Of a DNA stretch of 64,000 nt, positions 1 through 25,565 are shown one piece after another. The notes beneath the pieces were generated by a model that saw only the letters and a program-made list of their open reading frames with translations, was not told where the DNA came from and made no database searches. Position numbers and translations under genes: made by a program. Numbering within the stretch: the stretch's first letter is position 1; each line of letters begins with the position of its first letter. Source of the stretch: Lingula anatina (taxonomy: Eukaryota > Animalia > Brachiopoda); NCBI GenBank assembly GCA_051362555.1, contig CM120641.1, forward strand, positions 39,128,401 through 39,192,400. Direction: 5' to 3'.

Positions 1-757
1 TAAATCATATGTCAGTAGCTTATACACCACCATGAGAACATGAGCTGGACCAAAAAGCCATTACAAATTTAACATAGCTACCATGTCCCTTTTTCTGCTT
101 GACTTGAAATCACAAAATTGCATGCTACTAAGACATATGATGCAAATTTGGCTTTCAAGTATTAATATGTTTTTAACTGGACCAAACCTGGTCTGTATTT
201 CAGCTAAATAAGTAAATACTTTTTTCAAATGATCTATCCATCTTGTTAACATGACATTTCAGTTTGAATAGTTTTTGAACTTGCCTAAAATGATACCACA
301 GTTAAATAGATGTCATGTAGCTCTAAGCTTGGCACTTGGTACTAAAACAATGTGGCGTAATTTCATGGTCAAACAAAAGGTCAAACATAATATGTTTTCT
401 TGTGGAAGTTGTTAGGTTCAGATAAGCTTAGCAATTTTCCAGAAATACGATTTATATATGAATAGGATTTACATACATTGAAAAGTAGGCATGAAACTGG
501 CTGAAGAAAATTTGTGATATTTGTTCATTTTTCATCAATTTGATTTTCATTTAGTGAAAAATTAAAAAGTGCTTTAATGACCCCATTGTTTTTGCTATGT
601 TTTGGGTCTGATGAGTTTTTGTTGATTTTGCTATTTTCTTTCCTTTGAATTAATGAACATATATACATATAACATTTATTAATAGCTCACTTATGGTGTT
701 GCTTTTTTAATATTGACAATTTCACTTGCTGGCAAGTTTGGCTTTCTTAATCAACAC

Positions 758-1869
758 TTTTTTTTTTTTTTTTTTTTTTTTTTATTGAAAAATTTCAGTA
801 TAAGAAAGTACATATACCCAAGTATGGTAAATGCACACTGCATACTCTCTCTCTTACACACACTCTCTCTCTCACACACACGAATACAAGTTTATAATCT
901 CATGAACAATAGGTGTAATAATAATAATAATAATAATAATAATTAAGATCGATACCACAATGTATTCATCCATAACTACAACATATTATTAAACAAGCAA
1001 AAAGTGCAAAATATTAGTTTGCTGAAGCTAATTAAATTCAAACATGTCTGACCAATTTTCCCATTTTTTTTCAAAGTTTGTTAAATTTAGCTTTTTTAAT
1101 GCATTGAATTTTTCTATTATAAATTGATCCTTTATGTAATTTATGAGTGAAGAAAGACGCATACATTCTTTCTTTTTGAAACTTTTGTAAATATAGAATT
1201 TCGTACAAAGAATAACAAAATTAATTGGGCTGTTTGGGTTTGTTGGATAGCCGAAAAGGATGCATTTTTCATTAAAGGTAATGTTTTTATTCGTTCTGTT
1301 AAAGATGTAAGCTTTCAGTTCTTCCCAAATTTTTTTACTATACGCGCATTGGAAGAAAGTATGCGAAATGTCTTCCCTTGCAACACCACAAAGAGAACAG
1401 ACGTCATCGTTTTCAATCCCTATAGTTTTTAAATATGATTTAACAGGCAGGAGCCTATGTATTATGCGGTATTGGAACCACTGCAGTTTGGTGTTCTTTG
1501 TTGTTTCGAAACAGTTCTTATAGACATCTTTCCAATGTACATCAAAATTTGACTTTGCGTTCCATTTTTTTTCATTTGTCATTCGTGTAGCTGGCTTGTA
1601 GAGAGTTTGATAAAAGTCTCTACAGCCTTTACTATGTTTGATAAGAAGCTCTATTGCTTGAGGCAAAAAAGGGTGAGAGGTGATCTCAAGAACATCGTTA
1701 TGCGTTTTATTCATAAGCCTGTGCTTAATAGAGTTTCGTATACCATAAAATGTAAGCGCACAACAGTTTTGTAGGCTAAATTTTTGTTCAAATTCTTCCT
1801 TTGTTAAAATTCTGTTATTTTCAAGAAAATCGCTAACAATTTTGACGCCTTTGTTAAACCATTTTCTTA
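758..1869 (-). mobile_element. 5'-truncated L1/Tx1-clade non-LTR retrotransposon (3' end of ORF2 with zf-RVT/CCHC knuckle, 3' UTR, poly(A) tail)
   Basis: Minus ORF 1028-1879 contains KLQWFQYRIIHRLLP...CSLCGVAREDISHTFFQC (typical L1/Tx1 ORF2 C-terminus); poly(T) on + at 758-783 is the poly(A) tail directly after AATAAA; target-site duplication TAATCAACAC(TTTTT) at 748-757(762) and 1870-1879(1884). Confidence 0.92.
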
Positions 1870-3490
1870 TAATCAACACTTTTTGTAAACTCTTTCATGA
1901 AATAAAATTTACATTCCAACATTGTGAAAACTGCCTTAATTAAGTACTAATTCAAGGTATGTAAACTTAACTAGTTTGTAGGGTCTGTGCTAACTTTCTC
2001 ATCCCTGTGAATGAACATCCACAGCAAATGAATTGGGTTATTTATTTGATGGTACAGTCATACGATGTCAGAATGCTGTTTTGATTCTCGATTTTTTTGT
2101 CAAAAGTTCTGAAGTTTTATTTGTTTTCTACATTGATTATCCAGTTAATGTCTGACATCACTTGTAAGTATTGACATTACTATCCCTGCTCAAAAGTTTT
2201 ATATTTTTGGAAAAGTAAAATTTCAAGGACTGCTGAGAGTGTTTCTACTGAGCTTCAGTCGTGAAGAAAATGTTCTTAAAATTTTGTATAGGATGTTTAG
2301 AGTTTTCAACTGAATAAATATTGCCAGGAAATTTTTGCAGAAAATGCCCCAAAAAGTCCCCTGTTTTGTTACAAGTGAATTTTATTTATCATGTGCATTT
2401 GTTACTATGCATTTTGAAATGCTTTGCATATTTTCTGTTTAATTATTAGTAATATATATTTTGTTTGAGGATATGTATGGTGTAAAAATGTTGTTGATGA
2501 TATTACCTATAACATGACTGCTTTGGTCAAATCATCTTTATCATGGTATGCCTTTCTAAATTCTTACTTTAAAGTGGGATTAACCTAAAGAAATTGGCAT
2601 ATTTGGGTTAGGCAGACAGGGTTGGAGTTCCACTTTTTGATCCGTGACACCTCACCCTTAAATGATGTGGCATTTTCTTGTCATGAAAATAAGTGTACTT
2701 GTGAAAAAAACAGTTCCATGACTTGAGAAGGCAATAAATGGGACAGGAAGATGTCTACCTTGCAATTGTTATTTAGCAAAATTGACCCATTTTTAACCCA
2801 CATTTTGTGACGTGTCAACTTGATTAAAAATTGATCTGTCATTCTTTACTGTCATTACATCAGCAGTGATGCAGGCATTACCTGTAACTGGTAAATAAAG
2901 GATACACCTACTTAATTCCATATGGTCAATGCTATGAGATTCATTTCTGCAGCAAATTTTAACATTTGTAAACAATCGGTTAAAATTGTTTTTCAATTAA
3001 ACTTAACTTCTTTTGAAAAGATTATACTAATATCAATGTAACAGCTAACATGTTATTTTGTTTCCTTTTCACTGAGTTATTTTACAAGAAAATTTTTGTA
3101 AAAAATCCAAATAAGTGAAGTTGTGCCTTCACTATGTTTGGGCAAATAGGTGTAGTGCTTCTTTCCCTACAGTTCTCATAGTGTTCTAGTTGGCACTGAA
3201 CTGCATATATGTACTGTACACATATATATATGCATATATGTACACATGATACATTATAGTCTGTGTACACAGGGTCTGTCTTTATTTACCTTTACTGTTA
3301 GTTTTACTGGGACATAGGTTGGTCTAATAATCAAATTTGGCAGGTGTAAATGACACAGCAAAACAGTCTTAAAGTAGGCCAAAACTGACGCCTTAACTTT
3401 CATATTCCGTCATGTATGTAAGCAGAGAGGTATAGAATGATAAAATGTTAATGAAGTAATGAGTGCCACCTGCTTATTTATTCAGTGATG

Positions 3491-3680
3491 TGACATCAGA
3501 AAGGGGTGTGTTATTCCTGACAGCACACACGAAACTTGTGTGTGTCCTCCCCTCCCACTTGAACAAAGTCCTCTCTGATTGGTCGGCTGTGCTCCGCTAT
3601 TGACACATTGAAAGTAGTAGAATCAGCTGGTTGTGTGCATCCCAGTAGTCAGCCTTAACTGTGTATGTGTATATATACAG
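3491..3680 (+). promoter_or_regulatory. Putative promoter for the PAPSS first coding exon
   Basis: TGTGACATCA (CRE/AP-1-like) at ~3491, CTGATTGGTC (inverted CCAAT box) around 3578-3582, TATA-like GTATATATAC at ~3669, upstream of the ATG at 3765. Motif inspection only. Confidence 0.35.
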
Positions 3681-3764
3681 CAGGTAGACTGGTTGCTGGC
3701 ACATTTAGAGCTATTACTTACTACCATTAAGGACAGACTAGATACAAGTTGACACATCACAGCA

Positions 3765-17118
<13,354 letters not shown>

Positions 17119-18938
17119 TTCCACACCTGAACACATAGGAAAAGAGGATTTCTTACTTTAGTTTGTTTAAATACTTCAGGCAGCCCCTTAGTGACTAATA
17201 ATTCAATTGATTTACTTAAGTTTGCTAAAATAGCCTGTGCTATCGAGTCCCATTCTCAAAAGTAAAATAGTAGAACTGGCAAAAATCATTTTTATGTCTG
17301 TAAAAAAGATTTTTAAAAATACCTACACCAAACAATTTACAATGTAGTTGTTAGTTAGGTTCATTTTATAAAAATATTTGAACCAATGACCTCAGAAAAA
17401 AAGACATTGCTCCTAACTAACATGCTGCCAAATCATTCTGTGCCAGTAGGGGATTTACAAAACAATGTTTAAATAAATCTTACCTGCCACTTATTATTAC
17501 TATTATTATCTTCTCTATTATAGGTAAGGTGATATATTTAGACTTTCTTTTTATTATCCGCTCTGATATCTGATCAAGACACTATTTGTGAAGTAGTGAT
17601 TGAAGTCATTTTTGTGATGTATACAAATTTTATTCTCTGAAATATTTATTTAATCATGGAGCACAAGATGAAGTAAAATGATAACAGAAAATACCTCTAT
17701 ATTCAAAATTTGCCCTTGAAGACTAGTCTGGAGTGTTAGAACACACTGGCGAGATTTACCATTATTTCAGAAATAATATACTCCTGGATCTTTAATGGCT
17801 TTTGCTTTGTTAAATGACGTATACCATGCTGTTCTTATCATTACATTAACCAAGTAGAGCATCTTAAATGCCACAATGTTTTCAAATATAGATAAATGTT
17901 TTTCAGTGGAACCAATAGCACTAGTCTTGTAAATATTTGTTATATACAGGAAATTGGGAAGTTGTGTTTTTTGTTTGGGGTGTTGGCCTCATACTCAATA
18001 ACCTAATGTGGTGCATAAAATTGTTAGGATTATTAAGTCTTCATCCAAGCCTTTGGTAAATGTCATTTTGAAACAAATTGCATGACTTTTACAGAATTTT
18101 ACTAGAATATTGCCCTGTGTTTTAACATTTTGAATAGTATTTGAAATACTTGGCTGGACCAAGAAGGCATACATCTGGAAAATGTGTTACATGAAGAAGA
18201 CTTATCATATGCATTTATTTGCAAAAGTGTCAGTATTTTAACTTCCCCAGTTGAGCTTAAAGTTTTTCAATGCTGCAATATCATGATTTGTATTTATTTA
18301 TTTTTTGTGGGGGTAGATGCTATATATCCCCTCAATCCAGAGAGTCAGTTTTAAATAAGCTCACAATTATGGGTTCAACTTTATTGCACAGTGATATTTT
18401 AATAATAACTTTACCATATTTTTTTTATTTCTACTCATTTTCAGAAATATGAACGTATTTACAAAAATTGGCACATCATGCCATGTTCTTCCATTTTCTA
18501 TATTCTTTTAGAGGCCACAGTAGCATGCTTTTGCAAGAACACCAATACACACAGCACATGCTTCTATTTGCATGAACAAAGTTGCCTTGCTGTTAAGGCT
18601 GTAATAGTTGATAGATATTGATACATTACCATCTTGTTATTTTAGCGAAATAACATGGCTAGTCTCCTGTACGTTTTAGCTATAGTCAGACTTTTGAATT
18701 TACTTGATAACATTAGTGCACAGGGGTTCATGAAGAGTGAAGACTTAAGAGGGTTTAGATAGGGCCAAATATTTAGTAAATATAAACATAATATAAGTGT
18801 CACAGGGTTGTTTACCATGTAAACATATTTAGATTTGCCTAATTAGAAAAAAAAATGGTATCAGGTACTTATTAGAGCTATAAAAATGATTGTTTGTGAT
18901 TATTTGTAGAAATGCACGTGGTTTATTTTTAGTACAGG

Positions 18939-18944
18939 AATAAA
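18939..18944 (+). terminator. Candidate PAPSS polyadenylation signal
   Basis: AATAAA followed by T-rich sequence about 1.8 kb after the stop; other AATAAA hexamers exist (e.g. ~17472). Confidence 0.3.
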
Positions 18945-19526
18945 AGATTAGATGCAAAAGTTTTCGTTTTTTTAATGTAAACAAATCATACATTCCACCC
19001 TTTTTAATGTTGTTATTCTAAATAATTTGGAATACTTGCGGGTATTCTCTTATGGCGAGCTCATTGTATTGAAATTTGTTTACTTTTAAACAGGAAAAAT
19101 GTGTCTTGGTGACATGGAATGGGAACCCAATAATAATCTGTGTTCATCGAACATAAGATGTATTGGGTGTGGTATTATCATCACAAAGTAGGTGATCTGT
19201 TAGTGGCCTGAAGTTCTTATGTTGAGGATGCAAAAAATTACATGTTAATTTAAATGTCTACCTGATAATATTCAGAAAAGTCTTAATATTATCAGTATAT
19301 AATATTTTCACTATGATTGCCACATGTGAAAGAGTTACTCTTTAGATCTAATAGGTGTTCGCTAACATCGATGTTGTTTTGTCTTCATATTATCCAATCA
19401 AAAACAAAGGACTTTCAATTGCAAAATGTTTAATGACAGTATACATCAGCCAATGATTTGACCAAACACCAGTTTATATGGCAAGTTGTTTTATACAGTC
19501 CTGTATCAAAATATTATGGCACTTGA

Positions 19527-19615
19527 TCATTCCCTGATGAAGATGCTCTGACACTGAAATATTGGAAATGAACAATTTCAACATTTAGCTGTTGATTGAA
19601 GAAGAAAAATTACTT
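19527..19615 (+). mobile_element. Short retroelement relic with decayed minimal hammerhead ribozyme (Penelope/retrozyme-like)
   Basis: CTGATGA (19534-19540) ... GAAA (19556-19559) TATT with TCATTCC/GGAAATGA stem I; flanked by direct repeat TATTATGGCAC at 19512-19522 and 19616-19626. Confidence 0.55.
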
Positions 19616-21228
19616 TATTATGGCACGTGAACTTAAATGCACCAAAAATTAAAAATATTTACATAGAGTTATTAAAACATATACAAGTAAAAATGGATTG
19701 CATTCAATCTTAAATAAAAAATAGTAAAAGCAAATCCTACACAAAATGTAGTAAATTGAATGAACACAGTTTAAGTCCTACTTAAACAACCATTAGCTAT
19801 ATCTTGTCCAGATCTTCCTCTTTTACCAATTTCCAAAAGCTATATGACTCTGATATAGCAGTAAGTCAAGTATGTGCATTCCCAGTATTTTCACTTTTGG
19901 CAAAAAAGGAACCTTTGAACAGAGGTCATCTCACAAAAGAAATTTAGACTGCAAGCTTGTTCAAAATTTGGTTCAAGGTTAACCATATTTTTGTAGACAA
20001 ACTCAAGTATGTTTCTGAAATACTTGCCATGTCGTTCTTGTTAAAAACATATATTTAATTTGGTTGGATTACTCCTTATCTTGGGCCAAAATATTCCAAA
20101 ATTTTACACCAATATTTTGAACAACATTCTTTTGTGAGATATTTGAAGAATATATTAAGAAACACTAGAAACTGTTGACCATGATGAGATTCTTAGTTAG
20201 TGAAGTTTGAAAAATGGTTCCTCGCTGTTCCGATTTCAAAACATCAGTCAAAAAATGTGGATTATTTTTGTCATCCTACATTCTTGTGAGAGATATCCTA
20301 CCATAAGACCTAACAGCACAACCATAAAATATCACAGGGTTTCAGAGCTGCCAATTGTTCCAACGAAATAATTTTTGATTACAAAATCCTGTTGTATCAG
20401 CATGCATTACATCATATAATAAGTCAATTTCTACCCTGCATAATTAGCCCATAGCACCAAATAACTACATAAATAATTCTGTATTTCTTGCTAATATTTT
20501 ACATGAACATCCAGATCCAATTTTTGATCCTTATTATCTTTAAAAGACCATTCATGGAAGCCAACAGTTAATAATTAACTGCCCTAGTTAGCCTTGCAGC
20601 GGCCTTTTACTTTGCTTGGTTCCTGTTAACACTATGCACAGCCATTTATAAGAAAGATAATTATAACAAATCAAATTCAGGTTATGTAACAACAGGCTCT
20701 GAGTCTTATTATCAAAATGTGACCACAATCAATTCACTGCATGTACACATTACATCAGTTCTGTCAAAGGAAATGGGGTGAGACCAGACTGACCCCAATA
20801 TACACCCACCTATCCTCAGTAATGTGTATAAATGTAGTCCCACAAATGCAATAGATACAGGCATAGAGATCTCATTATTAAAGGGATACTAACTCTTCGT
20901 ATGATATCTTTATTTCACAATAAAAACATTGTGAACAACTCACAGAAATATAATATATTCTGTTTTACCACAAAAACAGCAGTTATAGCTATTATTCTGA
21001 TGTCTGAGCTTGTCTTCAGATCACGTGACTTCAATTGATGGCTGTACTCTGTTATAATCTCTTAAGAGATTTTAACAAAAAACCAAACTTTTTAGGAAAA
21101 AAAACAGGGACTAACTTTGAATGTAAAAATGGATTCATTAACCATTGGTAAGTGTGGGAAAATTGTTGTTTACTCCAGAAAAATTCATTTTTTGACCAAA
21201 ACGAAGAGTAATTATCCCTTTAACTTCC

Positions 21229-21428
21229 CTCCATTGCCTCTTCCCCTCCGCTGAACCCAAAGACTCCACCAGTGCCCCCACCCCCCCTCGGGTACTCCAC
21301 AACCTAGCACCTGCCACCACCTCACTCTTTCCCCTCATCTGCCCCTGCCCCTCCCGCGGAGCCCAGGGACTCCACCAGTGCTCCCCTCAGGTACTCCACG
21401 GCCTGGATCCTGCCATCCACCTCTCTCT
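21229..21428. repeat. Degenerate ~100-bp tandem duplication spanning the DIPK2-like stop codon
   Basis: GACTCCACCAGTGC...GGTACTCCAC...CCTGCCA..CCACCTC occurs twice with ~100-bp period. Confidence 0.8.
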
Positions 21429-23005
21429 CCTCCACACACTCCCTCAGGGACTTCTCAATGGTGGTCTTGAAATGATATGGAATGCTGTGCAGAAGGCCAT
21501 CTGAAAAATATGTAAGAAAAGTTCCGAGAACTCTATCAAAATATGCTAGCTGATGTTCACGCTTAGGAATATTCCTTAAGCTTGTTATAATTATTATTAT
21601 TTTCCAAAGAAATTGTCTGAGCCTAACCAAGGTTTCTAGTTTAAAACATTGTCTATCATCTCATCAAAAGGACCATTTCTACTTGGATAATGTCTTACCT
21701 GGGCGTTTTATTTCTATCTTCGGATCTGTAAACCAGCTCCTCTTCTTATGCTCCTCCAAATCAGACAGAATTTTCTGACAGACAAGGGCAAACATGACAT
21801 CGGAGTATATTGGAATAGTACTGCAAAAATCCCTGGCATTTTTACCATACATCGCAGCAGCAAACTGACCAAAACACTCCTCATTACATGGTTTGTCTCG
21901 CCTGACTTCAGTCTCACCTGATATAAAGTACCAAGTCAGCATTTAAACAAATGTTAGTCACAGTTAATCTCCCCCGATAGAAAAGTATATTCATAAGCCA
22001 ATCAAAACTTATTCTTAATTCTGTCTTTGTCAGAGGGAATGTCAGTGTTTCTTTTTTTTCACCTTTGCATTATAGATAGTTTGCACAAAAGTTTCAAAGA
22101 AATGCTACATCCATTTTAACTGGTTCATAATTCCCATTATAACTGGTTCATGGTCCTCAATTTATAATAAATCATACATTTGAATAAACAAATTAGCATC
22201 TCTCTACTCCTACCTTGGTCAAACTCCTTTTTATCCAGTAAAGTCAAATCTTCCAAATCTATGAAAGACAATTTTTCACTGCTGGTAATGGCAATGTTGT
22301 CATAATTTATGTCCACATAAAACACTGACCAGTTTGGATCTCCATGCTGATGAAAAAAAATTAATCCTTTTAATAACTAAATACCACATTGTACCTTGAA
22401 AAATGATACTACAAATCATCTGACTTCCAGAATTTAAACTACTAGTAACTGGTGTTGCACCAGTATAAAAATGCGTTCGATTAATACATAATATTACATA
22501 GTATTCTATACATTACTATTCAATTGTCTTACATTTAAAAACAAAATTCATACCAGCATGTACTGGACAACTTCCAACAACTGAAGAGCAAGGCTGGCAC
22601 GTATTTCCCATGGTTGGTTCAAATAATCCACCAGAGGTTTTCCTCCATTTTCAGCAATGACTGCTCTCCCACAGGCTCCATAATACTTTGGGAATGGCCA
22701 TGAATTGTCCAAACTGCTGAAAAACTGAATATAACAGCCAGAGCGCCAGTTAAAAAATTAAAATACAACAGGAAAGCAAATCTGACAATCTATAATCAGT
22801 GATAAAATGTTATGTTTCTCAATGGCAGGTGGCACTGTTCTAGAGTGAGCATCTTTAATATTATATTCAGATATACTTCTATACATCAACACTAGAATAT
22901 GTACCTATTACATTATTGTTTCAAATACCTAATATGTGTTATTATTATCTTAATGTATAGATTGACTCCACAAGGACATCAATTTCTAGTGGCCATGGTG
23001 ATGCA

Positions 23006-23088
<83 letters not shown>

Positions 23089-24647
23089 ATAAATTAAATA
23101 AAAACATCAACAGCAAACCAATGAGTAGTGAGATTTGGTTATTTTGGATTGCACCAAATTTACCTACCTTTAGCAGAGCAGCCTCTGGGTTCACAACTAA
23201 GGAAGTGTACATTATTGAACTTTCATGTGCTGATAACTTGTTGTTGTCATCTATATCATAGAGTTGCTGAAGTTTTCTTATAAATCTGGTAGTCAGGCAC
23301 AGTTTCAGCCTGAAAACAAAACAAAATGAGACCGACTCTCAAAGCCATATCCACAACAGTTAAATATTATATATATTCTTCAGTACTTTCAACAGCTGCA
23401 GGCCTACCCAACTACCAGACTCGGCACCCGAATTCACCGGTAGATAGGACCACACTACCCATTTTCAAGGTGTGCGTCAGTACGCATTTCACAGTATCAT
23501 ACCCCAGAACATATTTTGAGATGAGATGCACTACTTTCCAACCCCGTTGAGAATCATCAGTATCACACCGTGTACTAGACAAGAGCGGTATTGCGTCTGA
23601 TACTTCGAAGTGCGTACTGACGCACACCTTAAAAACGGGCAGTGTGGTCCGATCTACTGGTGAATTCAGGATCATTCAGTGCCAAGTCAGGTAGTTGGGT
23701 AGGCCTGGCTTAATCATTTACAGGTTCCAAGTCAAACGTTGAAAAGTAAAGAGGTGGAGGATGTATGAACCACTACTATGAGGCCCATCTGAACAGAAAA
23801 ATAAATCTAAGGGAATTCCATAAAAGTCAAGTTATGGGTTTTCTTTAATTAACCTAGCTGCAGCCATACATTTGGTACAATACTAAATCTCTTCTCTATC
23901 AAAATCTGTGAATTTAACTTGAAAAAGGTGCTCATTAACAAATCTAATATACAATAAAAAAGTGATTCAAATGATTTGAAATCTTAATGTCTCTTGTCTT
24001 CTCATTTACCCTGCTCCTTCCCTGGTGATGTTGAAGCCCTTGGCCAAGTTCTCAAGCTTCATTGCATCGCGTGCCCCGATGAAGGTCTGTTTAATGACCT
24101 CTGGACCGCGGCAGAGCCACCTTTTCTGAGAATGCTTGCACAAAAACTTGTCAAAGTTTTTAAATCCTTCTTCGTGATCTGTAACTAGTTGCTTTAGGAC
24201 TATATCCTTGTCATCCCATTTGCCAAAATACACACCTCTATAAGTCATGTCACCATTATTTGATTTCAAGATTTTGACGTCTCCATTACTTATTGCACTA
24301 CATGCGTCTTCTCCAAAACAAGCAGGACAGGTGGACTGCTTGGTTAAAGCATTTGGGACATGTGTGAGATTCTGATCAGTCAAATATCCTCTCAAGAACT
24401 GTAAATGATTAGCATACTTTCTGACACCATCCTTCCAGAACCAAAACCCGTGGTCACTTTGTGTCATGTATCTTACAAAGTTAATAAACTGAGCAGGGTA
24501 ATCAGCTGCTTTTTTAAGCAAAGTGTGTTTCTTCCACGCAAAGTAATTAATATAAAACGTCACAAAGACCGATATACACAAAATGCCAAACATAATGCAG
24601 AGTTGATGTCTTTTTAATTGTCTCTTCACAGCCTTAATTTGCTTCAT
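21322..24647 (-). CDS. DIPK2A: Divergent protein kinase domain 2 (DIPK2/DIA1/C3orf58-like, FAM69 superfamily), type II membrane/secretory, 6 coding exons, ~493 aa
   Basis: Exons (minus): 24647-24010, 23309-23168, 22724-22554, 22346-22214, 21917-21699, 21500-21322; total 1482 nt. N-terminal basic + hydrophobic anchor; CPACFG, IVLKQL, LVVNPE, WPFPKYYGACGR, PWEIRASLALQLLE, YVDINYDNIAI, IDLED, GLLHSIP..LRECV all match my recollection of DIPK2A. Exact orthology untested. Confidence 0.88.
23014..23084. repeat. (TA)n microsatellite
   Basis: About 35 TA units in a DIPK2-like intron. Confidence 0.95.
23399..23707. mobile_element. MITE with ~95-bp imperfect terminal inverted repeats (CAGGCCTACCCAACTACC...)
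   Basis: Left CAGGCCTACCCAACTACCAGACTCGGCAC..GAATTCACCGGTAGATAGGACCACACTACCC is the near reverse complement of the right arm ending GGTAGTTGGGTAGGCCTG; second copy at 43975-44200. No clear TSD. Confidence 0.88.
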
Positions 24648-25203
24648 GTTGCTGGTAGCAATTTAGTACTGTATGCAAGATAAATAAGCCCATCCAATTT
24701 AGATTGTTTGGTATATTTAAGTAATATTGCTAGCTGTGGAATTATCAGGATCTGTGCAGTAAATGCTCAGTCTCCATCTAGAAGTTTGCTGTCTTTGTCC
24801 TTGTTGGCTCAACCAAAGTCCCAGGAGTCTAAGAAAGCGCCACGTACGGAAGGCATGGTACATGTATTCTTGCACTCTTTTTCACTAGTAGAAAGAAACA
24901 AATAAACGGATTAAACATAGTGACAAATTACTAGTAATAATTAAACCATATTAATGCCTTGCGTTGTCATTCGTCGCAGAAGCAGTGAAGACGTAGTTGC
25001 CTCGGTTATCGGCCTAACATGCAAGCATGTAAAACCGAAAACTGGGGCAAAGTTTTGGGCCAATATAACCAATACAGAGTACATTGTAAATTTTACGAAT
25101 CCAAGCCGAAAGTAAGGGTCATGAATATTAGTAAGCGCCTAGTGACTATTAAGTGATACGTACGCAACACAATTATATATAAAAACACACTTTTGGGGTC
25201 CTA

Positions 25204-25270
25204 CTTACAGGGATATAATGACAGACGGGTCGATTGCTGTTTAGTAAAATGGAGGCCGCCATATTGAACA
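25204..25270 (-). promoter_or_regulatory. Putative non-coding first exon/TSS region of the DIPK2-like gene with YY1-type motif
   Basis: Minus-strand donor GTAAGTAG at ~25208, AATATGGCGGC (YY1-like) at 25255-25265, and CpG depletion ends at about 24950. Confidence 0.5.
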
Positions 25271-25305
25271 CTCCAACGGGTGATCTCGTTTTCATCCTTA
25301 ACTTT

Positions 25306-25565
25306 TAGACTCCACTCCTATATACACCATCCGTCTACATAGGTCGACCTAACTCTGCGGGGACTCTAGCTAAGTGCAATCAGCTTAACTAAATGACACA
25401 CCTCCTGTTGTTTCCAAACAAAATCTATAGCTTTCCTGTATTCCACTTTACCCCCAGAAGAAGGCGTGACATCCACTTAAACTAATTAGGTATATATTCA
25501 GCGAGAGTCTCCGCAGAGTTGGGTCGGTCCACGTAGACCGATTATGTCTATGGGAATGGGGTCTT
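25306..25565. mobile_element. Fold-back MITE (GGTCGACCTAACTCTGCGGGGACTCT family)
   Basis: GTCTACATAGGTCGACCTAACTCTGCGGGGACTCTAGCT pairs imperfectly with AGCGAGAGTCTCCGCAGAGTTGGGTCGGTCCACGTAGAC; related copy at 52254-52465. Confidence 0.75.

Noticed and set aside
713-946. 77-aa ORF with poly-Phe and poly-Asn
   Set aside because: Antisense read of the LINE poly(A) tail and 3' UTR microsatellites.
22899-23261. 120-aa ORF with (YI)n
   Set aside because: Translation of the (TA)n microsatellite, antisense to a real DIPK2-like exon.
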